Origin: Botryllus schlosseri
Taxonomy: Eukaryota
Assembly (NCBI GenBank): GCA_051294905.1
Contig: CM119371.1
Coordinates: 6,634,001-6,698,000 of the forward strand
DNA length: 64,000 nt
Direction of reading: 5' to 3'
Made by a program: the position numbers and the translations under genes. The stretch's first letter is position 1. Each line of letters opens with the position of its first letter. Below are positions 12,246-24,720 of the stretch, piece by piece. The notes beneath the pieces are model-generated. The model searched no databases. It saw only the letters and a program-made list of their open reading frames with translations, and had not been told where the DNA came from.

Positions 12246-12861
12246 AGGCATGTCAGCGTCATCTGACCACTGAGCTATATAAACACGGATAATTAGTTAT
12301 TGGACACGGAGCTATATGGATTGGGAGTATAGCGGATAGCGGTTACCGACGGGGTGATTTCAAAACACCACAAAACCGTGAAAAAAGGAGGGTGTCGAAA
12401 CGACGTGGAGTAGTCTTTCAAATCAGACACCCGGCAGGACCTAGGCGATGTAGAGAAGAGGCATGCGCACTAAAGCAGAGAAGGATAAAGGCAAGCTATT
12501 CCTACAAATGGGTACAATATTTCAAAATATATGCATTCAGGATAATGTAGGAGCTATTTAGTGCAGTTCTTATGACTCATAAACATGTAGCAGATTGATC
12601 ACAAAGCTATTTTCTACTTTTCCAAATCCAAAGTGAATAGGTTTATTAGTTATGTATAAACAAGAGGCCAAGTCGAAATAGAAGTAGAATTTAAAAATGT
12701 CACCACTAGGGTATGTAGTGCAATTAGGCAAAACGTACCCAAGTAGTCGAACTGAAACTATCTTCAGCAATATACTCACTCAGTTACGATAACCGGCATT
12801 TTTACGCGTTTCTTCTACAATTTCACTAATAACAATATTCAATACCTTAATCAATGAACGT

Positions 12862-13185
12862 CAGATTATATTTTCCTCTGAACAAGACAGGCACAATGCG
12901 ACGTGATCAACAGATACGAAGATGACGAAAGACCAGTTGTGGTCTTGCCTTGTGTCTGATGTTGCAATTCCCTTTTCGGTGTTAGTCTCTATCCAGCGAC
13001 TCATCTTTCTAACTCTTTCCATTCTTTGTGGGTATGCACCCCTCTTCTATCAGGTCTTTTTCTGGGCTTTTTTGTCGTCGAAATATAAGAACAGCGACGC
13101 AGGTGAAGAGGAGCCCATACTATGCTAACCTCCGGCGCGGAATCGAACTTGGGCGCTTTATCGTCACTACAACGCTACCTCCCCC
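12862..13185 (-). mobile_element. tRNA-derived SINE, older degraded copy
   Basis: Colinear with 15846-16236, retains the GTTCGATTCC B box, and has a deletion in the anticodon arm. Confidence 0.7.
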
Positions 13186-13418
13186 GCTAAATGATGCCAG
13201 TTACCCAAAACTACTTTTTACTTTCCAAAACCAGGGATATCTAGAACTAGAACTCTATATATCCCTGTCCGAAACTCAAGGTAGTTTGCATCATCATTGG
13301 TTTATTAGCAATTTTATCAGTTCAATACACCACAAACATGCGATACAATGAAAAGACAGAAAGATGTCGAAGCGACAAGGAGTAGTCTATGGAATCTGAC
13401 ACCCACCTTGGCCTAGGC

Positions 13419-14833
13419 CAGTGGTTCCCAACCTTTTTCGACTCATCGCCCCCTTTTCAAACTCCAGACCGATCATTGCCCCCCAAATATTGGGAACCGA
13501 AAAATGGGCATACAGACTGAAATCACCGGCGAGTTGACTAAGAAAAAAGGTAAACTTTTCGGCTCGACCTCGAAATTACAATTTTCCAGCTAAATTTTGG
13601 TGAGTTGACTAACAAAAAAGGTGATTTCTCCGACTTGATTCCAAAAGGACCGTAACAGCATTTCGTCAGCCCCCCCCCAATACGTTGGTCTTGACCCTCC
13701 TCCATAGGGCGATAAAGCAAACTTCTGCACCCTTAGACCAAACTCCCTCGATACCTCTTTACCGCTACTTCTCAGCACAATTTATTGGACTCTTTAGTGA
13801 CTAATCAGTCGGCTTAATTCGCGCGAAGCGCGAAAAATTTCTATCATTCATGATTGAATCGGTGAATATGATCGGGAATTGCACATATATTGCTGTCAAT
13901 TTTTTATCATCTCTCTGCTCATCTATTCAGATTTACCGGTAACGCTGAGTGAGGTGTCTTGGAAAATGTAGGGCTCGTAAATATTAATTGAACATATTCG
14001 GGCGGACCCGTGGGTATACTGACTCCGTTACGTTATGACATTTCGTGGCCTGTCTGTTATGTCAAAAGATATTCAAATCGCCCATACGTACTAAACTAAA
14101 AGACGCACACGATTTCAAATTGGTATTTCTGCACTGGCAATTAATTTTTCTCTGCGAGATGGCATTTTTTGTGGGGTCTTGATTGCCAGGACAGAAACAT
14201 TTGGCGCCACCCGTTTAAGCGCCCATGGACAATTAAATATATATATGTATATAGTATATATATCGAAGTCGGTCAGCATAAAGGCAGTCCTTTTCCGCCG
14301 AGGTTTTCTCATTCTGGCACACTTCTCGGAGTCGCATGTTACATGGCCTGAAACTTTATATCTCTTGGTGCGATAATGGCTGACGCCGAGATGCCCATTT
14401 TTGGTTCGATAATGGCTGACGCCGAGATGCCCATTTTCGGTGCGATAATGGCAGACGCCGAGATGCCCATTTCTATAACTCATGCGTATTATTTCTTGGA
14501 GGAAGGGTAACCAATAAGCAATAAATATGTGACCACGAAATGGCGCGCAGCGCGAAATTTTTTGGAAAAAGTTGCCTTAATTTCCAAAATAATACTTTAT
14601 AATTTCATTATTGTTAATTCACGAAAAAACTGTGGTCCCCCCATCCCAATTGAGGGTTTGGGTGTGGCAATTATGGTCATGAACGCCAATATAGCCATTT
14701 CAACGCGCAATCGCCCCCCTATCGCCCCCTTCGTCCATTTTCGCCCCCCTATCGCCCCCTTGGCTATTTTCGCCCCCCCTGGACCGACAAATCGCCCCCT
14801 GGGGGGCGATATCGCCCACGTTGGGAACCACTG
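13419..14833. mobile_element. Non-autonomous hAT (Buster/Charlie-type) element, 1415 bp
   Basis: TIRs CAGTGGTTCCCAAC; perfect TSD GCCTAGGC at 13411-13418 and 14834-14841. The empty site (single GCCTAGGC) is visible in the LINE copy near 63221. Confidence 0.95.
14367..14472. repeat. 36-bp tandem repeat, about 3 copies
   Basis: The GGTGCGATAATGGCTGACGCCGAGATGCCCATTT unit starts at 14367, 14403 and 14439. Confidence 0.95.
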
Positions 14834-15845
14834 GCCTAGGCGATGTAAAGAGGAGGCATGCACACTGAATGAAAGTAAAGAAGATAGTATAGAAAAAGAA
14901 TGCGACAAGAAATAGGGCGGCATGTCATGGGAAGCGAGATCGATAGGTCAGTCGTGGTACGGTAATCTTGAGGATGGACAATATTTATTTAGTAGTAATT
15001 GCTTGTATTTCGACTTGAATGTGGACATGCTCGTCGACTGTCGGATGGCCGGCGGGATACTGTTCCACACATCAGGTCCGGCATATTTGATGGAGCGATG
15101 ATCTTTTCGGTCGATCATATGATATTTGGACGACGTGGACGCGCGTGTGTTGTACTTGTGCGCTTTTGATTCAGAGGTAAAGAAGTCATTGAAATATTCG
15201 GGGCAACGACCGCAGTGAAACTGATACATAAACTTGGCCATTTCTAGTTTCCGCATATCTTCTATGTTTAGGACGCCGAATCTCTTCAGCGGCGACTTAT
15301 TGGATGGGCAGCCAGGACCCTTTGGGGCCCTATAGCTATGATTCGGAGTACTTTATGCTGTAGTTTCTGCAGTGGCTTGAGTGCAGTTTTTCTGGCAGCC
15401 CCCCAACAGAGGATGCCATAATGTAACTTCGATTGGATTAAGGATTTAATGAGTATCAGAAGAACCCATGCTGGCATGAAGCGCCCAAGGCTGTAGAACA
15501 GGCCGCACTTCGGTGATAATTTAGTTTCTAGGGACTGAATATGACTCTTCCAGGACATGTTCGAGTCCAGGTAGAACTCCGAGATATTTGGCATTATCTG
15601 TGTTGGAAACGGGCCGATATTAACGGTTACGTTATTTTTTGAATTTACTGTCAGCAATTGCGATTTCGAGGCGTTTATGCAAAGGTTGTTCTGGGCCGTC
15701 CACTCATGGACTTTTGGCATTTGGTCACCAGTCAGGGCATCCAGCTCTGCCGTCGAAGATGCGGAAGAGAGGAGGTGAGTATCATCAGCGAACAGTGTGT
15801 CTGTTCAGGTAGTAGCTTAATGTTCTAAAAAGATTGTCAGTACTT

Positions 15846-16236
15846 CATAACATAACATAACATGGTTGGGTTATATTTTTATCTGAACAAGTCACACACA
15901 CTGTACAATGCGATAAGACACAATGCGATGTCATGAACAGATAGGAGGATGTAGAACGACACGCATCAGTAGCGATCCTTTACTCTAACATCCACCTCGG
16001 CCTAGAGAGCCCGATGTCACAGTTCTTTTTTCGATGTTGATGCCGCGGCCTTTCTACTAGTTCTTTTCCATTCTTTGTGAGTGCTTTCTTTCGTCGGGTC
16101 TTTTTCTGCGCTTTTTTTTTGTCGCCGTAAGAACGGCAACGGCAGGGGAAGAGGAGCCCAGATAAACCTCCGACGGGAATCGAACACGGTTCGCCTGCGT
16201 GCAGGGCGCTTATCGTAACCACTACACTATCTCCCC
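15846..16236 (-). mobile_element. Full-length tRNA-derived SINE (about 390 bp) with (TTATG)n tail
   Basis: Head GGGGAGATAGTGTAGTGGTTA (A box) through GTTCGATTCC (B box), resembling tRNA-Val/Ala. The body is shared with 12862-13185, and a microsatellite tail lies at 15846-15863. Confidence 0.85.
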
Positions 16237-17413
16237 TGCTCCCAAAAATTGAAGTACTTTGCTATGGACCCCCTCAGGTAATATGTTACTAACCTTGCGC
16301 TGATTGACGAATTTTATGGTCATCATAGCAGTATCAATTCGAACGAGCGATCGGGATTACCTCCAGCAAAAAGCGGATGCGATTATCTGCATCCACGTGG
16401 ACTCTCTCCCTGACCGCACAATATTCATTCACTGTGTACTATTTGATACTCATTTCTTGTAATAGTTTTATGCTTGGTTGTTCTAAAACAGAAGCGGACC
16501 AACGTACAGACAGCTTCCGGTCTTATAGGATACTGTGGCCCGCGTCTACAATACATACAATCGCGAGCGAACGTTCTCGACACTAGCCTGCTAAAACAAA
16601 GCCTCGCCCCAATCCAACTTACGTTCACGTGCAGTCTTTACAGACGGTATGCAAGTGCAACATACAGTCAGAGAGTTCGCCAAATAACTCGTTGATAACT
16701 TCGAACGAGCACAGATGTCTCTAAGACTTTAACGGCTATTGAAGTACATTACGTTGATAAATCCATTGACTACTGTTTGGTCACTATGCTTTACGGTGAA
16801 AGTTTACATTAAATAAGTTTTATTCATGGTATGGATTGATAAATACGCGATTGATATATCGATCCAGGATTTCGGCATAATAATCAGGTCGACAACTTGC
16901 TGGATTTCAAATTTCATACTTTCAACACATTTCATTTTTACAAACAGTAGAAAAGTAACAAACCAATTATGTCTGATTCATTTCGCAGAAGATTATGATA
17001 ATTTACTCTTACGCAGTTGCAAGCAACAGATGGACAAAGGCAGAGAGACATTGAATTTCAAGCCTGACCTGATCACAGTCGTGTCTTAAATTTAGCTCTT
17101 ACAAAGCCTCAGGTCCGGCAAACAACATCCCAATATTATTCAAAACACTGATACAAAGTGAAGATGTCAAACTAGCTGTAGTAACTAGAGCGAAAATATC
17201 AAAACTTCTGTACAAATATTTTATTATTTATTTTATATAATAAAAGAAACTTTCTTCTCCTGTAGCAAAGCGGTTACTGGCTGGAATCGAACCAAATTTG
17301 GTGGGGAGGCTTAAATTAGGCAACCTAACAATTTTATCAAGTAGCCAGTAGGCTACGATTTGAGAAAAAAGGTCATTTTTGAAGAGCCCTACTGTACAGA
17401 GTATATATTAGAA

Positions 17414-18802
17414 CAGAGGTCTCAAAATCAAATGTACTCCTACTATTGGAGTGCTCCGCGGGCCGCAGCACCAATAATGGGGTAGATTCAATGTATTTCC
17501 AAGTAGGCCTTATTTGACGGGACCTCGCAGAGTGGCATCCCCCACGCTTCGTGAAAATGCGATTCACTATTGCGAATTCACACTTGGCACGGAAAAATCA
17601 CATTTTAAGCATTTCAATAATTTTGTTGCTGTACTGCACTGTAAAATAATTAATTGTAGACACCATGCGGGAGTAAAAATGCATCAGGAAATCGTAAAAG
17701 CTGTCGCTTGCGGACATTTGACATGCTACAGTTATAGGTAGAATTTAGGAATTTTACAAATATTGATCTGATATCAGAGCATTGGAGCAGTAAAGCCTAA
17801 TCCGGGTTTCTGGCATAGGCCTACCGTTAACTAGGCTATATTGATCATGTCCAGGGTTGTAATGACTCGAGTCATGATTTTCTGATGACTCGAGTAATTT
17901 TCTCAAAATGCGGAAATTACTCGACTCGGTTCAATCCATGTATTGACTCGACTTGGACTCGAGACTCAGACGGCCAAGACCGACATTTTATTGTAATTTC
18001 GAGGAATACCAAAGCAACCACCCTATCAGGATTTCATCTATTGGTACTGGTACTTTAAAATGAGACCAGAAACTGTTAAAAATGAGGTAAATTAGTATAT
18101 TGTAGATGCGAGCCATTGTATACCACCAAACAGAGTTATAAAGTGGGTTTAAGAGACTTTAACTGGAAACTGAGCTGTCAACACAATGACTTGGACTCGA
18201 GTCATATTATCATGACTCGGACTCGAATCTCTATTCGATGACTTGGACTCGGACTTGACTCGGGGGTGAATGGAAAATGACCCGACTTGACTCGAGTCAA
18301 AACTACAAAAGTGGGATTGACTTGTGACTCGGAGCTTTGTGACTTGGTTACAACCCTGATCATGTCATTACCAAGTCAAATACTTTCAGCGTTAAATTTG
18401 CCTTCGAATATTAGAACAGAGCAATAACAACTTGAAGATAATGAATACTGTGCCGTAGCAGTATAAATGTAGAATCGTCCTTCTCTGGTTGTAACGTTTG
18501 ACGCGACGAGTACATGCACGAGTAATTCTACAGAAAACCGCGCCCAAGTCCAAATCACAATTTTCAGTCACGAATCATCAACGGGCCATGTTTTACCATC
18601 ATAAACAAGTAATTTCACGTAATAGTTGATCTTCCACTGCGTGGTAACTTTTGAAAGTGATGTAATAATGAAGTTTTATGAGTAGTTTCAGGCTTCTGGA
18701 GTAGAATTTTAAAATCTCAAATTGAACAAAACTGGTAGATAAATATTGTGGAATACTACGAAATCCAAAATGCCGTCGCGGGCCGCGTGTTTTAGACCTC
18801 TG
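17414..18802. mobile_element. Non-autonomous hAT element containing nested 17852-18358
   Basis: TIRs CAGAGGTCTCAAA / TTTAGACCTCTG; perfect TSD TATTAGAA. Confidence 0.92.
17852..18358. mobile_element. hAT MITE with GACTCGAGTC subterminal repeats
   Basis: TIRs CAGGGTTGTAA / TTACAACCCTG; perfect TSD ATCATGTC. Confidence 0.93.
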
Positions 18803-21416
18803 TATTAGAATGTGCAACCTAAATTGCGGTTATTCTTAAGTCAAGAAAGAAACCGTATTTTGGCTTTGGGGATAGCGAGGATTAACATATCTGCGGGAAG
18901 CGGCGATAATTCTTGTCCTTTTCATAGCCGTGGCCCAATTTCCATTTTGCAAATATGCCAGGACCCACCTCTCGACCTCAATCTCCTTTTAAGCAGTGGC
19001 AATACGGCAGGTTTGGCTTAGTAGTTCATATCAAATCCTAGTTCGTTCTCATGAGCACGAGAATGGCAAATGTATTTATCCCAAGCTTGGCTCGTTTCAA
19101 ACTATACAGCTCTTCTGTCGCCTTTACAGGAAACCGGAAATTAGAGAGGAACATTGCTCAACTTATATTAAGATTAGAGCAAGAAACATTTCACAAATTA
19201 GATTAGAGCCATATCACTGGCATTTTCCTCTGATTAGTCGAATAAGGCAATTAAAACTATCCAATTGTCCAAGTCTGTCTGGACCGTATAAGCCTTTTTG
19301 GGTCAACTGTTTGATTCGGGGGTTCGACTTGGATTATTACTTAAGACCTGCAGTGCGCTTCATCCGGTCACTAGGTGTCGACAAAGTGAAGGAGGCGCTT
19401 TTCGCAATGAGTTCTCCCTCGACAAATTTGAAATTTTGTCGCTGTCTGATTCTGTCGTCGTGACAAACTTGCGACCCAGGCAGGGGGTCTGGGGTTTGAA
19501 TTTAACGAACTCTTCGTTTGATTGAGCCGCCACATTCTTACTCGCTTTGAAACGTCACACAGGACTGGGTCGGTTCACGTCCTCCTCGATCTGCAAAAAA
19601 AATGGTAGGGGGTCAAATCAATACTAGCATTGGAGTCACGGGATCAACTCTATTGAAATCAGGAGTTATCGAGAAAGCATCTATCAGAGCAGTAGTAGCA
19701 TTTCCTTTGCTCTTAAAGCGGCGTTACAATATCAGCTGACTGTCTTGAACACACCGTGACCGTGACGATAATACCAACTATGGCACAACTATGAACTACA
19801 CCAGTGGTCTTAAATATTTTTTTAAACGATACAACATTTTAAAGGTCACGCAAAACCTGTACACCTCAGTTAACAAAAAAAAACGAATCCGTCGTAATTC
19901 TAATCGGAAGGCTGCAATCCTTCGGAAACGCTAATGCTAAAAACTAATCAGCGTTCGAGATTACCACAACACGGTCTAACAGTGGTTTTCAACGGCGGTC
20001 TACGAAACATCTTCAGGAAACCGGAAGCCGATCGAATAATCTAATTTGTGATATTGCAAGCTAGGGTAGATCATGTGAAGAAATTTTGCTTCTAATTGCT
20101 AAAACTTCATGGTTTACATCAGCCGAATGACCGTTTAATACAAGATATCAGACTGCATCAGGTGATTTTAATTGCTCGCAAACCATTTAGTCAATGGGTA
20201 GAACTATTGTTACAAACATTTTGCTGTTTAAATCTGTTGAGGGTAGTGTAAAAACAGCAAATTTGGAATAGAAAGGTCTAACAGAGTGATCATAATCAGA
20301 AACCGCTTAAACGATGATATTTTAGGTGCTCTCACGATTGAGACGGTATTACAATAATGTGACTTGCAAGTGTATATTCCTACATCACTTAACTAAGGGT
20401 TAGGGAGTAAAAATTCCAATCGCGGGATTTAAATTTTCATCCCGAAATCCCAACCCTTGTGAGGGATAACCCAAAATAACTCATCATCTTCAGTGGGACC
20501 CGCACTTATTCTGGTATCCCATTTTGAAAGAAAGATTGCACGGATGATAGAAATCTGAACTTCTACTTTACAGAGTTCTTCAAGTGGGTTTTGTCTACAT
20601 CTACAGCTACCTCAAGTGGTAGGTTTTATATTCTTCCACTTCTACTTCTACAGATTTTTAGGAAAAACTAGCTTCTTGTTACACTTTAGATTTCGCAGGA
20701 GATTTTTGATGCTCGCAATCTCTAACTTTCGATTTCAAACTTTCCACTAGGCCCACAATACTTAATTTTTTACTATTTGGAATTTTCTACTTCTACTTGT
20801 ACTTGAAAAGAAATTTACAACACTGCTTACCCTTTCAGTCGAGAACCAACGACAAACACTTTGATCACATCTGCTCCCGAAACAGCGACGTAGAATCGCC
20901 GCCAAACCCAACCTTCCCCACCTTTTTAAATCGGGATCAATCGACTTTTCCTGTAGGCGTTCGGACCAAGGGTGGGACCCGGGGCTCATTCTGTCGGATC
21001 ACTCCCGGTGGTGGTTGGTCCTTTGACCAATTATGCGCCATGCCGGAAATCCATCCTGAACGAGGGCGATGCTGGAATGAAAGGGGGTAGTTTTTTTGTT
21101 GGCAACACAAAGCAAAATGCAACACTGACTCGATTACAATCATAATTGTAAATACAAGGTGTCTTCAAAATTAGATTATAAGTCAAATGATAGCTAGATA
21201 TTATTTATAAACGAGATTAGAATCAGAATTACATCTATACAGCTAACAGACTTTACCTCAGTCCGAATTTACTGGAAAACAGTGCCCAATATTTTTTGCA
21301 TGATTTCTTTGTCAAATCAGAATGAGTAAATGCTGGATGTAGGCGTAGGTAGGATGTAAATATCTGGTGTGCCAATGCGAAGGATAGCAACATCTTACAA
21401 GAAATGACATTATGGC

Positions 21417-23156
21417 CAGACATGGGGTGATTACTTCATGAATGTAATCGATTGCAATTAAGATTACTTATGAATCACGCGATTACGATTACAGCAAAAT
21501 CCGAGAGTAGTCGATCACGATTACTTTGGAAAAGTAGTCACGATTACTCACGATTACATTCATTTTGCTTCTGAGAAGTTATCTTTGGAAGACAACAATG
21601 CGATGAAAAGGCCTCATGAGAGAAGGTCTTTATTTTTAAATGTGACATAATGACGTCATTTCCTGTGTATGACATAATATACCATTGCATGATTCATACA
21701 GAAATAGGCATTTCGGTGCCAGCCAATACCGCGCCGCAACACACCAAGACATGCTACATTGGCCGAAACATTGTGTATTTGTCCCTTGTCCATGGCCGCG
21801 CTGGATGGTCGCGACGAATAATCTTCTCAATCTCAGCCCCACAATACAAATGTCAACGGGGGCACTCACTGAGGAAAATGATGAACCATGTGCATAAATG
21901 ACAATTTTTTGGTGCGTGTCAAGAAAGTTTTTCGTTTAGTTTTCTTTTCGTCTGCTACGTTTGGGCGACTCCAATATCTGTTGACTATATAGCAGACAGA
22001 AGGTCACGAGTTAACAACATGCAATAAAGTTATAGCTGTAAACTATGTGCCTAAATATTCGCGCTTGGCGCGACTTGAGAGCAAATGCACAGCGGATCAA
22101 TCGCATCAAATCGTGTTTTCCAGTTCTTGTAAAAAGCCCGGTCGTTAAGGGGGGTCTGGGGGACTTCGCCCGCCACAAGCTTTGTTGATCGCTTTATGGG
22201 GAGCACAAGATCACCATTTGTGAGAATGGCGGTGGTGAAGTGCTGTTTCGGTACTGATTCTAGCTGCAATCCACGCTAACATGGTGTGTATGCAGATGGC
22301 TAGTGGCATATCCGAATGATGAGTACAAAATTGCGAAAGAACAATTGTTGCCCGTTTTAAGTAGGGCCGTATGAGAATATGATAAGGTAAACATCAACTT
22401 CTGACTGCAATCCATTTAATACAGATATTTCGATCACCCGTTATACGAGTAACGGAAAATAACGGCTTGGTTATGATTTTTTTTATCAGCAGCCTGGTTT
22501 TTAATGCTTCGATGCAGAAATTGTCATGTTTAATTTGACGGGTACAAAATTTTAAATCTTTGGCCATTGTACAGATACGTAAATAGGCCTACCGCTCGCC
22601 AATCAGCTACGGTCAGATTGCGTTTACCTAAGCATAACAAAACATCATTACATTGTACTATGTACAATTTGTACATACGTTACTATTCGAAACTAGGCCG
22701 ATTGGTGATTATTATAATGCTGTGAGGTAGTGGCGTGTACAGTGTATTGATAACCTGACATAATCCACAGCGGGTGTTCTTACAATCACAGTACTACATG
22801 TACAATTGTACATCAAATATCTATTTACTACGTGTGGATAATTCGTTACGCAATCAAGAACCAAGCTAATACTTGTGACGCAATAATGAGTATAGAGGCG
22901 TTTGAAAACCCGACATTTCTGCTATCCAAAACCTGTTTTAAATCACACCCTTCGTTGCTAATGAATGTTCAGTTCTTGTCATGGGCATTGTACAAATGAT
23001 AAGTAATCGTTCATTCACAAAGAAATCGATTAGATATGTGAAGTAGTCGATTACGATTACTTCGGATTTTTTTTTAATGTAATCGATTGCGATTACTTGG
23101 AAATGCTGTAATCGTCGTAATCGATTACGATTACTATTACGATTACCCCATGTCTG
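21417..23156. mobile_element. Non-autonomous hAT-like element with GATTAC subterminal repeats
   Basis: TIRs CAGACATGGGGT / ACCCCATGTCTG; degenerate TSD ATTATGGC/ATTATAGT; inverted relative of 46315-51729. Confidence 0.85.
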
Positions 23157-24225
23157 ATTATAGTATAGAAATCCATTCGATTTGAATTGATTCATTTCAC
23201 ACTGATACTGTGAACATTGTGGACAAACTGTTTGCGATATCTTACACCGTTGCCAATTCTGGAGATGTTACAAAATTACACAGAAACTCACCAGTAGTCA
23301 TCACGATCCCTCAAAATCTTGATATAGAGATCTTGTCTTTTGGCAGGAGATAAAGCCTGAAATAAAATCTCATTAGTATCCATCAGAAAGGATAACACTA
23401 ACACTGCTACTTGAATGTGACTTGAACAAAAACAGTGAAGCTATTGAACAGTTTTCCACCAATCACCTTTAACTGTATAGAGCCATAACATGTGAAAAAT
23501 GCTCTCTTCTTGGGTAGAAAATCTCTTACTGTGCAGGATGTGTTTCACTTCGATTTACTCATTCATCTTTATGGCATCACAGAGCCGTTGTCGTGTGTGT
23601 TAAAACCATTATTACACATTCCCCAGTGCTCAATGTCCGACGTCGATGTATTTTTCCATAACACAAAAGAGGTCAACCACAATCGCCTCTAACAAATACA
23701 GATAAGTGCATGAATGCAAGCTTTTAAACGGGCTCTCAAGGAGAATGTGCAGTAAGCGTGAGGATAACCCTTAGTTCAAGAACTCGTCAATTAGCAAGTA
23801 GCCATCGGACAGATTTGTATTATTTTCACAAGTGAAATTATTGGCAATTACTAGTGATAAAGAATATTAATTCAAAGCTCCTGCCTATTTGCATCGATAT
23901 TAATCATTATGCATTAATTGCAAAATATTCTTCATCTTATCAGTGGTAATTGACCAACAAACCCTGGGACGCTACTTTGTAAAACTACTTACTTCGGTTC
24001 TTTTCTGACCTTGCTCCTGACTTTTACTTCAAGTAGTCTGACAGCTCTTGAGAATTGCTGCTTCTATTTCAAATCAAGTAGGAATTCGGCGATGACTTCT
24101 TCTTTAACTGATGAGTTAGAGCAATGATAGAGCATCTTATTCTCGATCGGTGGGCAGAGGTCGTCCCCGTAGTCAGCGTTTGTGCTCTAGTAAAAGTAAA
24201 ATTATTCTTGAAAATTGCTACTTAA

Positions 24226-24310
24226 AGGGGCACTGTACCCTCAAAATGATGTGGTCTTAAATTGAATGGCAATACGAACCGCAGCAATTGTTTTCGAAAC
24301 GCCACCGTAG
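24226..24310. mobile_element. Left-end fragment of the Kolobok-type MITE
   Basis: TTAA|AGGGGCACTG start colinear with 51990 onward, then fuses into repeat-unit sequence. Confidence 0.7.
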
Positions 24311-24569
24311 TGCTATGAATATCTATGGGATTCCATACTGAAATTTACAATATCGCGGACAGAACTTTTGCTATATATTTGTCACACTCTTGCCAATTGT
24401 GGATATGTCACAATATTTCGTAGCAACTCACCTGAAGTCATCCCGATTCATAAAAATCTTGATATCAAGATGTCTGTCTTTCGGCAGGTGACAAGGTCTG
24501 GAAAAAAATCTCACAATTACACACCCGGAAAAATAGACTAGAACCAGACTTGGACAGCTGGAAAATTTT

Positions 24570-24720
24570 CAGCGTGTCCAAAATAGATTCGAGTTACAGC
24601 TACCAAGTTTTTCCAAATTAGAGTAGAATTATAGCTACCCAGTTGTTTCCAAATTAGATTAAAATTAGAATTATAGCTACGGCTTTGTCCCAATTAGATT
24701 AGAATTACTGAATTCTTGAA
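24570..24720. repeat. Degenerate tandem repeat of a CCAAATTAGATTAGAATTA-like motif
   Basis: Several imperfect copies; the same motif occurs at 5800-5860 and 53240-53290. Confidence 0.6.

Larger units (their letters stand above)
13289..15803 (-). mobile_element. 5'-truncated CR1/L2-clade-like LINE (RT C-terminus, 3' UTR, (TGA)n tail), interrupted by a hAT element
   Basis: RT catalytic FADD at 15781-15792, LHYGILCWG and HKYNTR motifs (ORF fragments 15286-15720 and 14948-15256), and an AATAAACCAATGATGATG tail at 13289. Confidence 0.9.

Noticed and set aside
14115-14483. ORF with a 12-aa repeat NGHLGVSHYRTK
   Set aside because: Translation of a 36-bp tandem repeat inside a non-autonomous element; no coding evidence.
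16165-16236. Possible tRNA gene
   Set aside because: A and B boxes are present, but the acceptor and anticodon stems are imperfect and the sequence continues into a repeated body with a microsatellite tail, so it is a SINE head.
17852-18358. GACTCGAGTC and GATTAC arrays resembling CRISPR or iteron repeats
   Set aside because: Irregular spacing, no unique spacers or cas genes, and confinement to transposon subtermini with TIRs and TSDs.
20395-20410. Telomere-like AGGGTTAGGG
   Set aside because: Only a single junction; it is the relic end of the TAGGGTTGGG-type MITE family.
24105-24150. CTGATGAG as a hammerhead ribozyme core
   Set aside because: No downstream GAAA or flanking stems found; the other occurrences lie within kelch coding sequence.
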